Shown here: one piece after another, positions 9,807-20,215 of the stretch
Position numbering within the stretch: position 1 is the first letter of the stretch
How the letters are laid out: each line of letters opens with the position of its first letter
Assembly (NCBI GenBank): GCA_963766735.1
Contig: CAVYBU010000017.1
Coordinates: forward strand, 160,001-224,000
DNA from: an uncultured Chloroflexia bacterium
GTDB taxonomy: Bacteria; Chloroflexota; Limnocylindria; Limnocylindrales; CSP1-4
DNA length: 64,000 nucleotides
Reading direction: 5' to 3'
Translations under genes and position numbers: made by a program
Notes under the pieces: model-generated
The model's database searches: none
Told to the model about the DNA's origin: nothing
Seen by the model: only the letters and a program-made list of their open reading frames with translations

Positions 9807-10274
9807 ATGACCACCAAGGATCTCGTCGATCGCTTCCGGAAGCCGGCGCTGCCGCTCCTCGCGCTCGTCGCCGTGTCCGCTGCCGCCTGTAACAACGTCG
9901 GCACCAACCAGGTCACCTTCTGGGACATCATCTGGTCGATGATCTTCTTCTACTTCGTGTTCATGGTCATCTGGGTCTGGATCTCGGTCATCGGCGACAT
10001 CTTCCGCCGCGACGACATGTCCGGGGTCTCCAAGGCCATCTGGATCATTGCGATCATCTTCCTCCCGCTCCTCGGCTGCCTGATCTACCTGATCACCCGG
10101 CCCAAGGTCACGGCGCAGGACGTCCAGATCATGACCCAGGCCGATGCCGCCGCCAAGGCCGCCGCGGGCGTGTCCTCCGCGGACCAGATCGAGAAGCTCA
10201 ACCAGCTGCTCGCCTCCGGCGCGATCACCCAGCCGGAGTACGAGACGCTCAAGGCGAAGGCGATCGCGGGCTAG
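9807..10274 (+). CDS. Small membrane protein with PLDc_N-like and C-terminal SHOCT domains
   Basis: DIFRRDDMSGVSKAIWIIAIIFLPLLGCLIYLITR and QIEKLNQLLASGAITQPEYETLKAK. Confidence 0.8.
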   Translation: MTTKDLVDRFRKPALPLLALVAVSAAACNNVGTNQVTFWDIIWSMIFFYFVFMVIWVWISVIGDIFRRDDMSGVSKAIWIIAIIFLPLLGCLIYLITRPKVTAQDVQIMTQADAAAKAAAGVSSADQIEKLNQLLASGAITQPEYETLKAKAIAG

Positions 10275-10297
10275 CCTCGCGGCAGCGACGCTGCTCG

Positions 10298-10343
10298 GGC
10301 GGCGTGCATGACGGCCTCACCGGCCGCCGCGCACGCCGCCTTT
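10298..10343 (+). terminator. Probable intrinsic terminator
   Basis: GGCGGCGTGC...GCACGCCGCC stem followed by TTT, downstream of the SHOCT gene. Confidence 0.55.
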
Positions 10344-10480
10344 CGTTGTCAGAACCGGCGCCGCCCGCCCGTGGTAGCGTCCCGCCGGATCCGGCATGGA
10401 CCGCCTGGGGCGTTGCGTACCCTGCTCCCGGCGGCTGCCCACGACTTGCCAACCGTACAACTCATGGAGGATTTCGCTCG

Positions 10481-10900
10481 ATGCTGCGACGTACAGTGCT
10501 GGGGCTCCTTATTGCGGGGATTGCCGTCTCGGTGACCGCCTGCGGGATCCTGGGCGGCGGCAGTGACCTGACCGGCAAGACCTGGAGATGGGTGGCCTCG
10601 ACCACCGCGGCACCCGCGAGCCAGAGCGTGACGCCCGACCCCCTGAACTACACGATCGAGTTCAACTCGGACGGCTCGTACGCGGGCAAGGCGGACTGCA
10701 ACCAGATTGCAGGCGACTACACCGTCTCAGACAACTCGCTCACGATTGCGCAGGGACCCTCCACGATGGCGTTCTGCGGCGAGGAGTCGGCCGACCAGAT
10801 GTTCCTGGCCGGCTTGCTGTCCACCACGACCTACAAGATCAACGCGGGAGCGCTCACGCTGACCAACGAGGCCGGTGACACCATGACGTTCAACAGCTGA
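10481..10900 (+). CDS. META-domain (HslJ-like) lipoprotein
   Basis: Signal peptide with lipobox VTAC; GKADCNQIAGDY, STMAFC; GGAGGA RBS. Confidence 0.85.
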   Translation: MLRRTVLGLLIAGIAVSVTACGILGGGSDLTGKTWRWVASTTAAPASQSVTPDPLNYTIEFNSDGSYAGKADCNQIAGDYTVSDNSLTIAQGPSTMAFCGEESADQMFLAGLLSTTTYKINAGALTLTNEAGDTMTFNS

Positions 10901-10998
10901 GCCCACCACCCGACCGGCTCTCGCGGCCGCGGCAGGCCACCGGGCGTTCCCGCCTGGTTTGCCCCGGGGCCGGGTGCAGAGCCGTTCCGATCCAACAG

Positions 10999-11023
10999 GG
11001 GGCGCCGGCAACGGCGCCCCTTT
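10999..11023 (+). terminator. Probable intrinsic terminator
   Basis: GGGGCGCCG-GCAA-CGGCGCCCC-TTT. Confidence 0.6.
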
Positions 11024-11053
11024 GCCGTTCAGTGGAACCTCCAGTGCCCGCGA

Positions 11054-11097
11054 TTGACGGATCGGCCTCTAATTCCGATAATTCCACTAGGGATTAG
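11054..11097 (+). promoter_or_regulatory. Sigma70-type promoter of the suf operon overlapped by an AT-rich inverted repeat (Rrf2/IscR-like box)
   Basis: TTGACG (11054-59), 17-nt spacer, GATAAT (11077-82); CTAATTCC-N13-GGGATTAG at 11069-11097. Confidence 0.65.
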
Positions 11098-11177
11098 CCC
11101 GCGACCCCCGTCCCTGAGGTCGCGGCATCCCGATCGACGACCCCAGAGCGCGGCCGCCGGCCTTGAACGGAGCAGCG

Positions 11178-12581
11178 ATGACCTCGACCCGCGACCTCGT
11201 CACCGATGAGCGCGACCAGTTCGCCTTCCACGACGACATCGTCTACCTGGCGGAGACGAAGCGCGGCCTGACGCGCGACACCGTCGAGGAGATCAGCCGC
11301 TTCAAGGACGAGCCGGACTGGATGCTCCAGTACCGACTCCGCGCCTACGAGCACTTCCTGAAGCGGAAGATGCCGACCTGGGGCGGGCGCCTCGCGGACA
11401 TCGACCTGGACAAGATCGTCTACTACCGCAAGCCATCCGAGCGCGAAGAGAAGTCGTGGGACGACGTCCCGGAGAAGATCAAGGCGACGTTCGAGAAGCT
11501 CGGGATCCCGGAGGCGGAGCGCAAGTTCCTGGCCGGAGTCGGCGCCCAGTACGACTCCGAGGTCGTGTACCACTCCGTGCGCGAGGAGCTGTCCAAGATC
11601 GGCGTCGTGTTCATGGGCACCGACCAGGCGCTCAAGGAGTACCCGGAGATCTTCCGCCAGCACTTCGGCACCGTCGTCCCGGCCGAGGACAACAAGTTCG
11701 CCGCGCTCAATGCCGCGGTGTGGTCGGGCGGCTCCTTCGTCTACGTGCCGAAGGGCGTCGAGGTCCCGCTTCCGCTCCAGGCCTACTTCCGCATCAACGG
11801 CGAGAACACGGGTCAGTTCGAACGGACGCTGATCGTCGTCGACGAAGGCGCCAAGGTTCACTACATCGAGGGCTGCACGGCCCCGATCTATGCGACGGAC
11901 TCGCTCCATGCCGCCGTCGTCGAGGTCGTCGCGCTCGCCGGCTCCAAGGTCCGCTACACGACCATCCAGAACTGGTCCAACGACGTCTACAACCTGGTGA
12001 CGAAGCGGGCTCATGCCTACGCCCGTTCAACCGTGGAGTGGGTCGACGCCAACACCGGGTCCCGCCTCACGATGAAGTACCCCGCGATCTACCTCCGCGG
12101 CGAGGGCGCCACTGCCGAGGTCATCTCGGTGGCCGTCGCGGGCCGCGGCCAGCACCAGGACACTGGCGCCAAGGCCGTCCACCTGGCGCCGAACACCACC
12201 TCCCGCATCGTGTCCAAGTCCGTCTCCAAGGACGGCGGGCGCGCGACGTACCGCGGTCAGCTCAAGGTGGCCCCCGGCGCAACCGGCGTCACGGCCAGCG
12301 TCCGCTGTGACGCGCTGATGCTGGACGATCAGAGCCGCTCGGACACCTACCCCTACATCGACATCCAGGAAGACGACACGACGATGACCCACGAGGCCAC
12401 CGTCGGCAAGGTCTCCACGGAGCAGGTCTTCTACCTGATGAGCCGCGGGCTGACCGAGAACGAGGCGACCAACCTCATCGTGCAGGGCTTCCTCGAAGTG
12501 TTCACGAAGGAGCTGCCGATGGAGTACGCCATCGAGTTCAACCGGCTCGTCAAGCTGGAGATGGAAGGGTCGCTGGGATGA
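11178..12581 (+). CDS. sufB: Fe-S cluster assembly protein SufB
   Basis: [65 protein letters not shown]. Confidence 0.96.
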   Translation: MTSTRDLVTDERDQFAFHDDIVYLAETKRGLTRDTVEEISRFKDEPDWMLQYRLRAYEHFLKRKMPTWGGRLADIDLDKIVYYRKPSEREEKSWDDVPEKIKATFEKLGIPEAERKFLAGVGAQYDSEVVYHSVREELSKIGVVFMGTDQALKEYPEIFRQHFGTVVPAEDNKFAALNAAVWSGGSFVYVPKGVEVPLPLQAYFRINGENTGQFERTLIVVDEGAKVHYIEGCTAPIYATDSLHAAVVEVVALAGSKVRYTTIQNWSNDVYNLVTKRAHAYARSTVEWVDANTGSRLTMKYPAIYLRGEGATAEVISVAVAGRGQHQDTGAKAVHLAPNTTSRIVSKSVSKDGGRATYRGQLKVAPGATGVTASVRCDALMLDDQSRSDTYPYIDIQEDDTTMTHEATVGKVSTEQVFYLMSRGLTENEATNLIVQGFLEVFTKELPMEYAIEFNRLVKLEMEGSLG

Positions 12582-13981
12582 CGGAGATCGCCGATCCTGC
12601 GTCGCTTGCCGGCCGCCCGGCGCGGGCACCCCGCCGCTCCCCTGCGGACCTTCCGTTCGCCTTCGTGGATCGCCGGCTCGTGGAGGCGCTGGCCGCCGAA
12701 CGCGCCGAGCCCGAATGGCTCCTGGAGGATCGCCTCGCCGCACTCGCCCTGTTCGAGGCGCTGCCGGTCGAGAGCAGCCAGCTCTACACGCCATACGTGG
12801 ACCTTCGGGCCGCGTCCCTGGATGGCGCCGCGCCGTACACGGTCACCGGGAACGCCGCCGCGGAATCCGCGGCCGGGCTACCGGACGGCGTTGCCGGGCT
12901 GCTGGAGTTGCGCGAGGACGAGGTCGCGGTCGTCGCCCTGTCGGACGCAGCACGCGCGGCCGGCGTCCGCCTTCTCACGCTGGGCGAGCTGGTTGCCACC
13001 CACGAGCCGCTCGCCCGCGAGCTGCTGGCCGGTGGTGCACTGATTCCCGCGGACGAGAAGCTCGCGGAGCTCTCGCGCGCGGCCTGGACCCACGGCGTGC
13101 TCGTGCACGTCCCAGCCGGCGTCCGCGTCGAAGAGCCCATTGTCGTCCGCTGGGCCGTCGGTGCTCCGCGGTCCGTCATCGGGCGCACGCTGATCGTTCT
13201 CGGCGAGGGCGCCGAGGCCTCCGTGGTGGAGGAGCTCGTGGCGTCCGACGGCGTTGCGGCCGGCGCCCAGGCGCTCCTGTGCGCCACGACGGAGATCCGG
13301 CTGGGCGCTCACGCGCGCCTCGCGATGGCCAGCCTCCAGGAGACCGGTCCGGACCAGGTCGTGTTCCAGCAGCGGCGCGCGGAGATCGGCGAGGCAGCAG
13401 ACCTGCGCTGGGCGCTCGCTCAGCTCGGCGGCCGGCTCGTGCGCTCGCGCGTCGACAACGTCCTGGCCGGCGACCGGAGCACGGTCGAGCAGGTCGAGAT
13501 CGTGTTCGGCGCCGACGACCAGCTCCACGACCTGACCTCCTACACGCGTCACGTCGGTCGCGATACCACGGGGCAGCTGCAGTCGAAGGGCGTGCTCATG
13601 GACAGGGCCCGGACCTACATGAAGGGCCTGATCCAGATCGAGAAGACCGCGATCGGGACCGACAGCTACCTCGGCGAGTTCGGCATGAACCTCTCGAAGG
13701 CTTCCCGCGCCGTGGCGATCCCGTCGCTCGAGATCGACCAGCCCGACTGCCGGCGGGCCGCGCATTCGTCCTCCGTAGGGCCGATCGACGAGAACCAGCT
13801 CTTCTACCTCGAGAGCCGCGGGATCCCTCCGGACGATGCTCGCAAGTTCATCGTGCTCGGGTTCCTGGAGCCGGTCGTGACCCGGGTCCCGCTCGAGGAG
13901 GCGCAGCACCGCCTGCGCGAGGCGCTGGAGGCGAAGTGGAATGCCGGGGTCGCGGGCGCTGACACCGCGTCGGCGGCCTGA
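12578..13981 (+). CDS. sufD: Fe-S cluster assembly protein SufD
   Basis: Beta-helix paralog, [31 protein letters not shown]; ATGA overlap with sufB. Confidence 0.9.
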   Translation: MTEIADPASLAGRPARAPRRSPADLPFAFVDRRLVEALAAERAEPEWLLEDRLAALALFEALPVESSQLYTPYVDLRAASLDGAAPYTVTGNAAAESAAGLPDGVAGLLELREDEVAVVALSDAARAAGVRLLTLGELVATHEPLARELLAGGALIPADEKLAELSRAAWTHGVLVHVPAGVRVEEPIVVRWAVGAPRSVIGRTLIVLGEGAEASVVEELVASDGVAAGAQALLCATTEIRLGAHARLAMASLQETGPDQVVFQQRRAEIGEAADLRWALAQLGGRLVRSRVDNVLAGDRSTVEQVEIVFGADDQLHDLTSYTRHVGRDTTGQLQSKGVLMDRARTYMKGLIQIEKTAIGTDSYLGEFGMNLSKASRAVAIPSLEIDQPDCRRAAHSSSVGPIDENQLFYLESRGIPPDDARKFIVLGFLEPVVTRVPLEEAQHRLREALEAKWNAGVAGADTASAA

Positions 13982-14067
13982 TCCCCGGTCCCTGGCCTGA
14001 CGGGCACCGCGTCGGCGGCCTGACCGCCGTGCGCCTGCCTGACGGGCACCGCGTCGGCGGCCTGACC
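13963..14067 (+). repeat. Three copies (42-bp period) of the sufD 3' end including its stop codon
   Basis: CACCGCGTCGGCGGCCTGA at 13963-13981, 14005-14023 and 14047-14065. Confidence 0.9.
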
Positions 14068-14156
14068 TTCACCCGCCGGCCCGATGGCCGCCGCTGTCCG
14101 GACCAGCCCGACCGGCCCGGCTGGCCCGCCGCCGCCCAGCCGGGTACGATCCGCTT

Positions 14157-14501
14157 GTGAGCCGCAGCATTGACCTCCTCGCCGCCGCCGACCTGGCGGA
14201 GGGCGAGATGTGCATGGTCTGGGTGGACCAGACCGATCCCGTGCTGGTCGTGCACCTCAACGGGGAGTTCACCGCCTTCCAGGGAACGTGCTCGCACGAG
14301 TACTTCGAGCTGGACAGCGGTTTCCTCACGGCGGGCACGCTGACCTGTGCGCTGCACCTGTCGCGCTTCGATCTGTCGGACGGCGAGCCGCTGGATCCGC
14401 CCGCGGAGCTGCCGCTGGCGGTCTACTCGGTAGAGTTGGTGGACGGCCGGGTGACGATCGAGGTGCCTGACGGCCCGCTCGAGGTCCACGAGGAGACGTA
14501 G
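14157..14501 (+). CDS. Rieske [2Fe-2S] ferredoxin
   Basis: CSHE and CALH Rieske motifs, SRFDLSDGEPLDPPA. Confidence 0.9.
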   Translation: MSRSIDLLAAADLAEGEMCMVWVDQTDPVLVVHLNGEFTAFQGTCSHEYFELDSGFLTAGTLTCALHLSRFDLSDGEPLDPPAELPLAVYSVELVDGRVTIEVPDGPLEVHEET

Positions 14502-14562
14502 CGGACCGGGGCCCGGGTCGCGCGGCCCGGATCTGGCAGTCCGCGTTGCTCCGACCGCGCCG

Positions 14563-15270
14563 CTAGTCGATCAGCGTGCCGCCGTTGATGTCGACCACCT
14601 CGCCCGTGATGTAGCCGGCTTCCCCCGAGGCCAGGAACGTGACCAGCGCCGCAACCTCCTCCGGCGTCCCCATGCGCCCGACCGGCACCCGTGACACGAG
14701 GTCCCTTGCGCCGGCCGTGACCTCGGTGCCGATCAGCGCGGGCGCCACGATGTTGGCCGTGATGCCGTCCTTCGCATACTCGATCGCGATCGACTTCGCC
14801 AGCGTCATCAGGCCGGCCTTTGAGGCGGCATACGCAGCCGACCGCGCCCCACCGGACTTCCCGGCCGCCGCCCCGATCGCCACGACGCGTCCGTAGCCCA
14901 GCGCGCGCATCCCGGGCAGGGCCCGGCGGGCGACGAAGAACGCGCCCGTCAGGTTGATCGCGAGCGTCCGCTCCCAGAGGTCGGTGGAGGTCTTCTCCAG
15001 GCTGACGGGCGTGAAGATCCCGGCGTTGAGGATCAGCACCGACGCGGTGCCCAGCTGCCGCTCGATCTCGGCAAACGCGGCCTCCACGGCGGCCTCATCG
15101 CTGATGTCCGCCTCGAGGCCCAGGATCCCCGGGACCTCAGGAGGCGTGAGGTCCAGCGTCGCCACCCGGGCGCCGTTGGCCGCGAGCGCCTGGGCGATGC
15201 ACAGGCCGATTCCGCGCCCCGCACCCGTGACGACCGCGACTCGATCCTGCAGCCCGTCGACCGTGACCAT
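14563..15270 (-). CDS. SDR family NAD(P)-dependent oxidoreductase (FabG-like)
   Basis: TGAGRGIG, NAG, YAASK, GYITGEVVDINGG; GGAGG RBS before ATG 15270. Confidence 0.9.
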   Translation of the reverse strand: MVTVDGLQDRVAVVTGAGRGIGLCIAQALAANGARVATLDLTPPEVPGILGLEADISDEAAVEAAFAEIERQLGTASVLILNAGIFTPVSLEKTSTDLWERTLAINLTGAFFVARRALPGMRALGYGRVVAIGAAAGKSGGARSAAYAASKAGLMTLAKSIAIEYAKDGITANIVAPALIGTEVTAGARDLVSRVPVGRMGTPEEVAALVTFLASGEAGYITGEVVDINGGTLID

Positions 15271-15380
15271 CGGTGCCTCCATCGCGTGTCGGTCGCTCGA
15301 TCGTCCGGTCGGCGACGACGGCTACCTTAGCCGAGGCGGGTGCGTCCCGGGGTGTCCGCGGGCACCACGCGGGTCTGACC

Positions 15381-16340
15381 CTAGACGATGGGCCCGGCGG
15401 CGGTCTCCACCACGGCCTCGAGGTCGGGCTCGGAGCGCAGCTGGAGGACGAGGGCGCCGGCGAGCACCAGCGCACCGCCCACCGCCTGGATCGGTCCCAT
15501 CGCCTCGCCCAGCAGGAGTCCCGCGAGGAGGACGCCCACGACCGGCTCCAGCAGCATGAGGACGCCGGTCTGCGTCCCCCCGATCTTGCGAATCGCGGTG
15601 AGGAACAGCAGCGAGGAGACCCCCGCTGCCGCGACGCCCGCGAGCAGGATGGACGGCCACGGCTCGATGGACTGGAACGGCGCCAGGAGGGCGTCGGCCT
15701 CGCCGGTGAGGACGGCGACGCACGAGGCTCCGACGACGGCGGTCGAGAGGATGACGAGCGTTGCCGCGTCGGCAGGCACGGCCCGGTAGCCGGACCGGCT
15801 CACGGTCATGAACACCACCTGGCTGACGCCGGAGATGAGCCCGAGCACGATGCCGAGCGGTTCGATCGCCACGTCACCGCCCAGGCCCCCGACCAGCACC
15901 AGGACCACGCCGGTGGACGAGAGCACCAGCGCGAGGACGCGCGACGGCGTGGCCCGTTCGTGCCCGAGGAGCACGTCCAGCACGGCCACCCCCGCCGGGT
16001 ACGTGTAGAAGAGCATGAGCGTCAGCGCGATGGGGATCATGCCGAACGCCACGAACATCGACACGTTCAGCGTCACGCCCATGATGGCGGCCGTGCCCAG
16101 GGCCAGGCGGCCGTGCCGGGAGAGACCGCGCACGGAGGCCATCGACGAGCCAGCTGACCGCCGGCCCACGATCAGGACGGCGAGGAACGACGCACCGAGG
16201 AATGCCCGCCAGGCGGTGAAGGCGACACCGGTCACGCCGGCTTCCGCGCCGAAGCGCGATAGCGGGCCGAGCATGCCGAACAGGGCCGCGGCGGTGATGG
16301 CAGCGAGCGTGCCGATGAGGATGTCTCGGTCGCGGGACAT
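15381..16340 (-). CDS. EamA/DMT family transporter
   Basis: About 10 hydrophobic helices; LFYTYP, LLEPVVGVLLAGLLLGE. Confidence 0.88.
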   Translation of the reverse strand: MSRDRDILIGTLAAITAAALFGMLGPLSRFGAEAGVTGVAFTAWRAFLGASFLAVLIVGRRSAGSSMASVRGLSRHGRLALGTAAIMGVTLNVSMFVAFGMIPIALTLMLFYTYPAGVAVLDVLLGHERATPSRVLALVLSSTGVVLVLVGGLGGDVAIEPLGIVLGLISGVSQVVFMTVSRSGYRAVPADAATLVILSTAVVGASCVAVLTGEADALLAPFQSIEPWPSILLAGVAAAGVSSLLFLTAIRKIGGTQTGVLMLLEPVVGVLLAGLLLGEAMGPIQAVGGALVLAGALVLQLRSEPDLEAVVETAAGPIV

Positions 16341-16356
16341 GCGGGCGTGTCCTCTG

Positions 16357-19047
16357 CTACGGCGCCGGCTGCAGCACCAGCAGGGCAGCCGACGCGTCGG
16401 CGATGGCCGGGTCGGTGAAGGGGAGCGGGACCGTCTCGTTGCGGAGCCACTTGCCCACCCAGTCGGCTGCATGGCTGCTGAACGGCTGACCGCTCTGGCC
16501 GGTGGTCGTGATGATCCGCCCGGCGTCGAGGCTGCCCATGTCGTACAGGGCCCGCATGGACGGACCATTCGTGACGTCGAACAGCTCCTGCAGCGTGTCC
16601 GCCACTGGGGCCTCGGGATCGGTCGGGTCCGGGTAGGCGCGCCCCAGCCGGTAGTAGTTGTTGTTCACGGCGCCGGCTGCTCCGTCCACCGGGACGGACG
16701 AGGTGTCGAAGTACCACTCGAGCGGTCCGATGCCGCTGACGCCCAGCGTGGCCTCCCTGAAGGCGATCCCGTGGATCCGGCCCCACCTCCAGGAGGCCGG
16801 GGCGCCCACGTCCCGGCGCAGCCACGAGCCCGCGGTGTCCAGCGCCGACGACACGACGTCCACGGCGGACGCGCCCGTTCCGGCTCTCCTGTCGCCCCAC
16901 CAGGCGGAGGCGCGACCCTCGGGGGTTGCGACCAGTGCCGCGGCCAGGTCGTGCGCGTAGTCAGTGCCGATGTAGTCGCGTGCCTGCGGGCCCAGGTCGT
17001 CGTCGTAGAGCGCTCTTTCCAGGGCCATCTCGAAGACGAGATAGGCGGAGCAGCCGACCGATGACGTGTCGCAGCGGCCGTCCCAGCGGGCGATGGCGGC
17101 CAGCACGGCGCCCCCGTCGTCCGTGGCCGGAGCAGGGCCCAGATCACTCACGCCGCTCATCAGCCGGGCGGCCCGCCGCAGGAGCGTGTCGCCCTGGATG
17201 GCAGCCATGGTGTCCAGCGTCACGCCGGTGCCGGCAGCGTCCAGCAGCTCTGTGATCCGGGCGGCGCGGTCGCCGCGGTCGAACTCCACGCCGAGGAACA
17301 CCGGGCCGCCGTCGATCTTGTTGTTGGCCGTGACGATGCGGCCGGACGGGGGATCGAAGACGGACGGCAGGTCGTCGAACGGGACGAAGCCCTCCCATTC
17401 GTGCCGCCCGTCCCAGCCCGGGACCGGCCGCAGGCCCTGGTCGGCTGGATCGGTCCGGACCGGGATCGCGCCCGGCAGCTGGTACCCGATGTGGCCGTCG
17501 GCGTCGGCGTAGACGAAGTTCTGCGCGGGGGCCCCGAACAAGCGCAGGGCGTCCCGGAACGAGGTCCAGTCGCTGGCCCGGTCGATGGCCAGGAACGCCT
17601 CGCTCACCCGGTCCGGGATGGCGATCGCCGTCCAGCGGAGCGCGTACAGCGACGACGCGCCCGTGAGGCGGGCGTCCGCGTCGTTCAGGACGGGACCGTG
17701 GGAGGTTGCGCGGACGGTCAGCGTCACGTCCTCGCCGCCGGCGACCTTGATGGTCTCTGTCCGGACGGTGAACGGGGCGGAGCCGTCGACCGTCAGGTAG
17801 CGCGACGGATCCGCGGGATCGACCCTCTCCTCGACGAGGTCCTGGACGTCCGGGCCCGCGTTGGTGACGCCCCAGGCGATGCGCGCGTTGTGCCCCGCGA
17901 TCACGCCCGGCGTGCCCGGGAACGTGACGCCCGCCACGTCGTACGGGCAGGCGGCGGAGACTGGCCGGCAGTGGAGGCCGTTCACGTACCAGACGGACGG
18001 CATGTTGAAGCCGAGGTGCGGGTCGTTCGCGAGCAGCGCGGTCCCGGTGGCGGATCTCTCCGGTGCCACGACCCAGTTGTTGGAACCGACGCCGCCGTCG
18101 TTCACCAGGTCGCGCGCGGGTGCGAGGCCGGCGATGGAGGGGATCGCGTTCGCGACCCGCGCGAGCGCGAGCCAGGCCTCGGGATCGACCGCCAGGGCGG
18201 CCCCGGAGCCGGCTCCCGCCGGGGCGGGCAGGGCGGGACCGGCCGTCGTGCGGGCCGTCTTGCCGGCCGTCGTGCCGGTTCCAGCGGCGCCGGCTGCAGC
18301 GCCGTCTCCCGCGCGGCTCGCCGCCGTTGCCCCATCCTCGGGTGCCGCGATGACCGGCTGGTCCGCGGCGTAGGCGGGGAACAGCTCGTCGGTGAGGGCC
18401 GGGTCGCCCAGGCGCGCATCGACCAGCATCCGGAAGATCTCGCTGTCCATGTTCCCGCCCAGGCCCCATGCCTGGACCTTCGCCCAGGTCAGCGTGTCCA
18501 GCGGCGTCCACGGCTCGGGCCGCAGGCCGTCCATGCCGGTTGTCCCACCGGACAGCAGCCCGGCCGCCGTGAACGCGACGCCGAGCGAGCCCGGGTGGCC
18601 GGCGAGGTAGGCGTTGATCCCGTCGGCGTAGGCCTGGAGGATGGCCTTCGCGTCCTCGGACAGGACCTCGAGGTCGCGAGCGGCCGCGCCGCGCCAGTCA
18701 AGGGTTCGCACGAAGGTATCCGTCTCCACCTGGCTCTCGCCGAACAGCTCGGACAGACGCCCCGCGCCGATGCGGCGCCAGATCTCCATCTGCCACATCC
18801 GCTCGGACGCGTGGACCCAGCCCTGGGCGAAGAACAGGTCGTGCTGGCTGCCGGCGGCGATGTGGGTCACTCCACTCTCGTCGCGCGAGATCCGCACCTC
18901 GGCGCTGAGGCCCGCCACCGCGCGCGTGCCGGAGAGCTGTGGCTGGGCGCCCGCCGTCACGGCCGCCACCAGGCCGCCTGCGGCGAGGACGGCGACCACC
19001 AGGACCACCACGATCGCAACCAGCCCGCCGCGCAGCACTCGACCCAC
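16357..19047 (-). CDS. Penicillin acylase family Ntn-hydrolase, N-terminally membrane anchored
   Basis: FAQGWVHASERMWQME, GSNNWVV nucleophile, ANDPHL, PAQNFVYAD, GQSGQPFSSH; GGAGGAGGAG RBS before GTG 19047. Confidence 0.92.
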   Translation of the reverse strand: MGRVLRGGLVAIVVVLVVAVLAAGGLVAAVTAGAQPQLSGTRAVAGLSAEVRISRDESGVTHIAAGSQHDLFFAQGWVHASERMWQMEIWRRIGAGRLSELFGESQVETDTFVRTLDWRGAAARDLEVLSEDAKAILQAYADGINAYLAGHPGSLGVAFTAAGLLSGGTTGMDGLRPEPWTPLDTLTWAKVQAWGLGGNMDSEIFRMLVDARLGDPALTDELFPAYAADQPVIAAPEDGATAASRAGDGAAAGAAGTGTTAGKTARTTAGPALPAPAGAGSGAALAVDPEAWLALARVANAIPSIAGLAPARDLVNDGGVGSNNWVVAPERSATGTALLANDPHLGFNMPSVWYVNGLHCRPVSAACPYDVAGVTFPGTPGVIAGHNARIAWGVTNAGPDVQDLVEERVDPADPSRYLTVDGSAPFTVRTETIKVAGGEDVTLTVRATSHGPVLNDADARLTGASSLYALRWTAIAIPDRVSEAFLAIDRASDWTSFRDALRLFGAPAQNFVYADADGHIGYQLPGAIPVRTDPADQGLRPVPGWDGRHEWEGFVPFDDLPSVFDPPSGRIVTANNKIDGGPVFLGVEFDRGDRAARITELLDAAGTGVTLDTMAAIQGDTLLRRAARLMSGVSDLGPAPATDDGGAVLAAIARWDGRCDTSSVGCSAYLVFEMALERALYDDDLGPQARDYIGTDYAHDLAAALVATPEGRASAWWGDRRAGTGASAVDVVSSALDTAGSWLRRDVGAPASWRWGRIHGIAFREATLGVSGIGPLEWYFDTSSVPVDGAAGAVNNNYYRLGRAYPDPTDPEAPVADTLQELFDVTNGPSMRALYDMGSLDAGRIITTTGQSGQPFSSHAADWVGKWLRNETVPLPFTDPAIADASAALLVLQPAP

Positions 19048-19151
19048 GAAACGCTCCTCCTCCGGTCCGGCCACCGGGTGCGCCGCTCCGGGCGTCGTGC
19101 TCCTCGTGACCAGGCCGCGTCAGGCTACCAGCGGGCCCGGGCGTCCGTTGG

Positions 19152-20150
19152 TCAGCGCGGCAGGATCGTGCCCAGCCCGCGCTCCTCGGCCGCGGCCAGG
19201 ATCGCCTCGCCGAACAGCACGTCCGTGAGCCCCGTGCCCAGGTGGGTGGCCACCACGCGACCGGCCGGCCGCGCCTCGTCCAGCATCTCGCCGATCATCG
19301 CCGCCGGGTCCGGGTACCCGTCGAAGTTGCCGATCTCGCGGTTGGCCAGGAACTGCCCGGTGTGGTCCACGACGAACAGCGAGGCCTCGAGGGCCACCTC
19401 GGCCGAGCAGTAGGTGGCGTAGTCCACCGGCACGACCAGCGCGCCCGGGGTCAGCCACTCGTTGGTCATGACCTGGCGCTCGGGCGGCGCGACGAATGAC
19501 GCCACGGTGATCACGACGTCCGCACCCTCCACGGCGTCCCGCGCGGACCTCGTCACCCGCACGGAGGCGATGCCCGGGGTGCGGCGCGCGCCCTCCGCGA
19601 GCGCCTCGGCCCGGTCCTCGTCACGGTCGAAGACGGCCAGCTCCACGCCCGGCAGCACGTACCCGAGCACCGGAACATGACTCCAGCCCTGCACGCCCGC
19701 GCCGATCAGGGCCGCGCGCCGTGCACCGCTGGGCGTGCCCGCCGGCGCGAACGCCCGGATCGCGACGCCACTGACCGCAGCCGTCCGCTCGGCCGTGATG
19801 GGCCCCGCGTCGAGGACCGCGATCGGGGCGGTGGTCAGGGGATCGTTGAGGATGAGGAGACCGTAGATGCCCTGGAGCCCGGCCTCGTTGTTCGCCGGGT
19901 TGCCCGAGACCCACTTCATGCCCAGCCGGTCGCCCGATCCGTCATCGGCGAGGCCCGGCAGGAACGCCGGCATCGCGTGTGCGAAGGACGACAAGGCACG
20001 CGGGTGGACGCCGATCTTGGGCGGCAGCTCTGCACCCCCGGCGAGGCCCCGCAGGGTCTGCTCGGCCAGGACCAGGCGCTGGGGCAGGGACGGCATCGCG
20101 GCGGCGACATCGGCACCGGAGAGGTAGCGGAGCGGCGGCAGGGAAATCAT
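19152..20150 (-). CDS. Ornithine cyclodeaminase/mu-crystallin family protein
   Basis: HAMPA, GMKWVS, ITAERTAA, IGAGVQG, GTGLTD. Confidence 0.88.
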   Translation of the reverse strand: MISLPPLRYLSGADVAAAMPSLPQRLVLAEQTLRGLAGGAELPPKIGVHPRALSSFAHAMPAFLPGLADDGSGDRLGMKWVSGNPANNEAGLQGIYGLLILNDPLTTAPIAVLDAGPITAERTAAVSGVAIRAFAPAGTPSGARRAALIGAGVQGWSHVPVLGYVLPGVELAVFDRDEDRAEALAEGARRTPGIASVRVTRSARDAVEGADVVITVASFVAPPERQVMTNEWLTPGALVVPVDYATYCSAEVALEASLFVVDHTGQFLANREIGNFDGYPDPAAMIGEMLDEARPAGRVVATHLGTGLTDVLFGEAILAAAEERGLGTILPR

Positions 20151-20215
20151 GGCCGGAGTGTAGGCGAATGCACGTACGGGACCCGGTCCCGCGCGACGTT
20201 CGCTAGATTGGAGCG

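Noticed and set aside
13963-14067. CRISPR array
   Set aside because: Only three short repeats, spacers partly identical, first repeat inside sufD, no leader and no cas genes
17401-19413. Long antisense and alternate-frame ORFs (also 26330-28090, 28914-30899, 55303-57543, 61456-63927)
   Set aside because: Arg/Gly/Pro-rich shadows expected at high GC opposite well-supported genes
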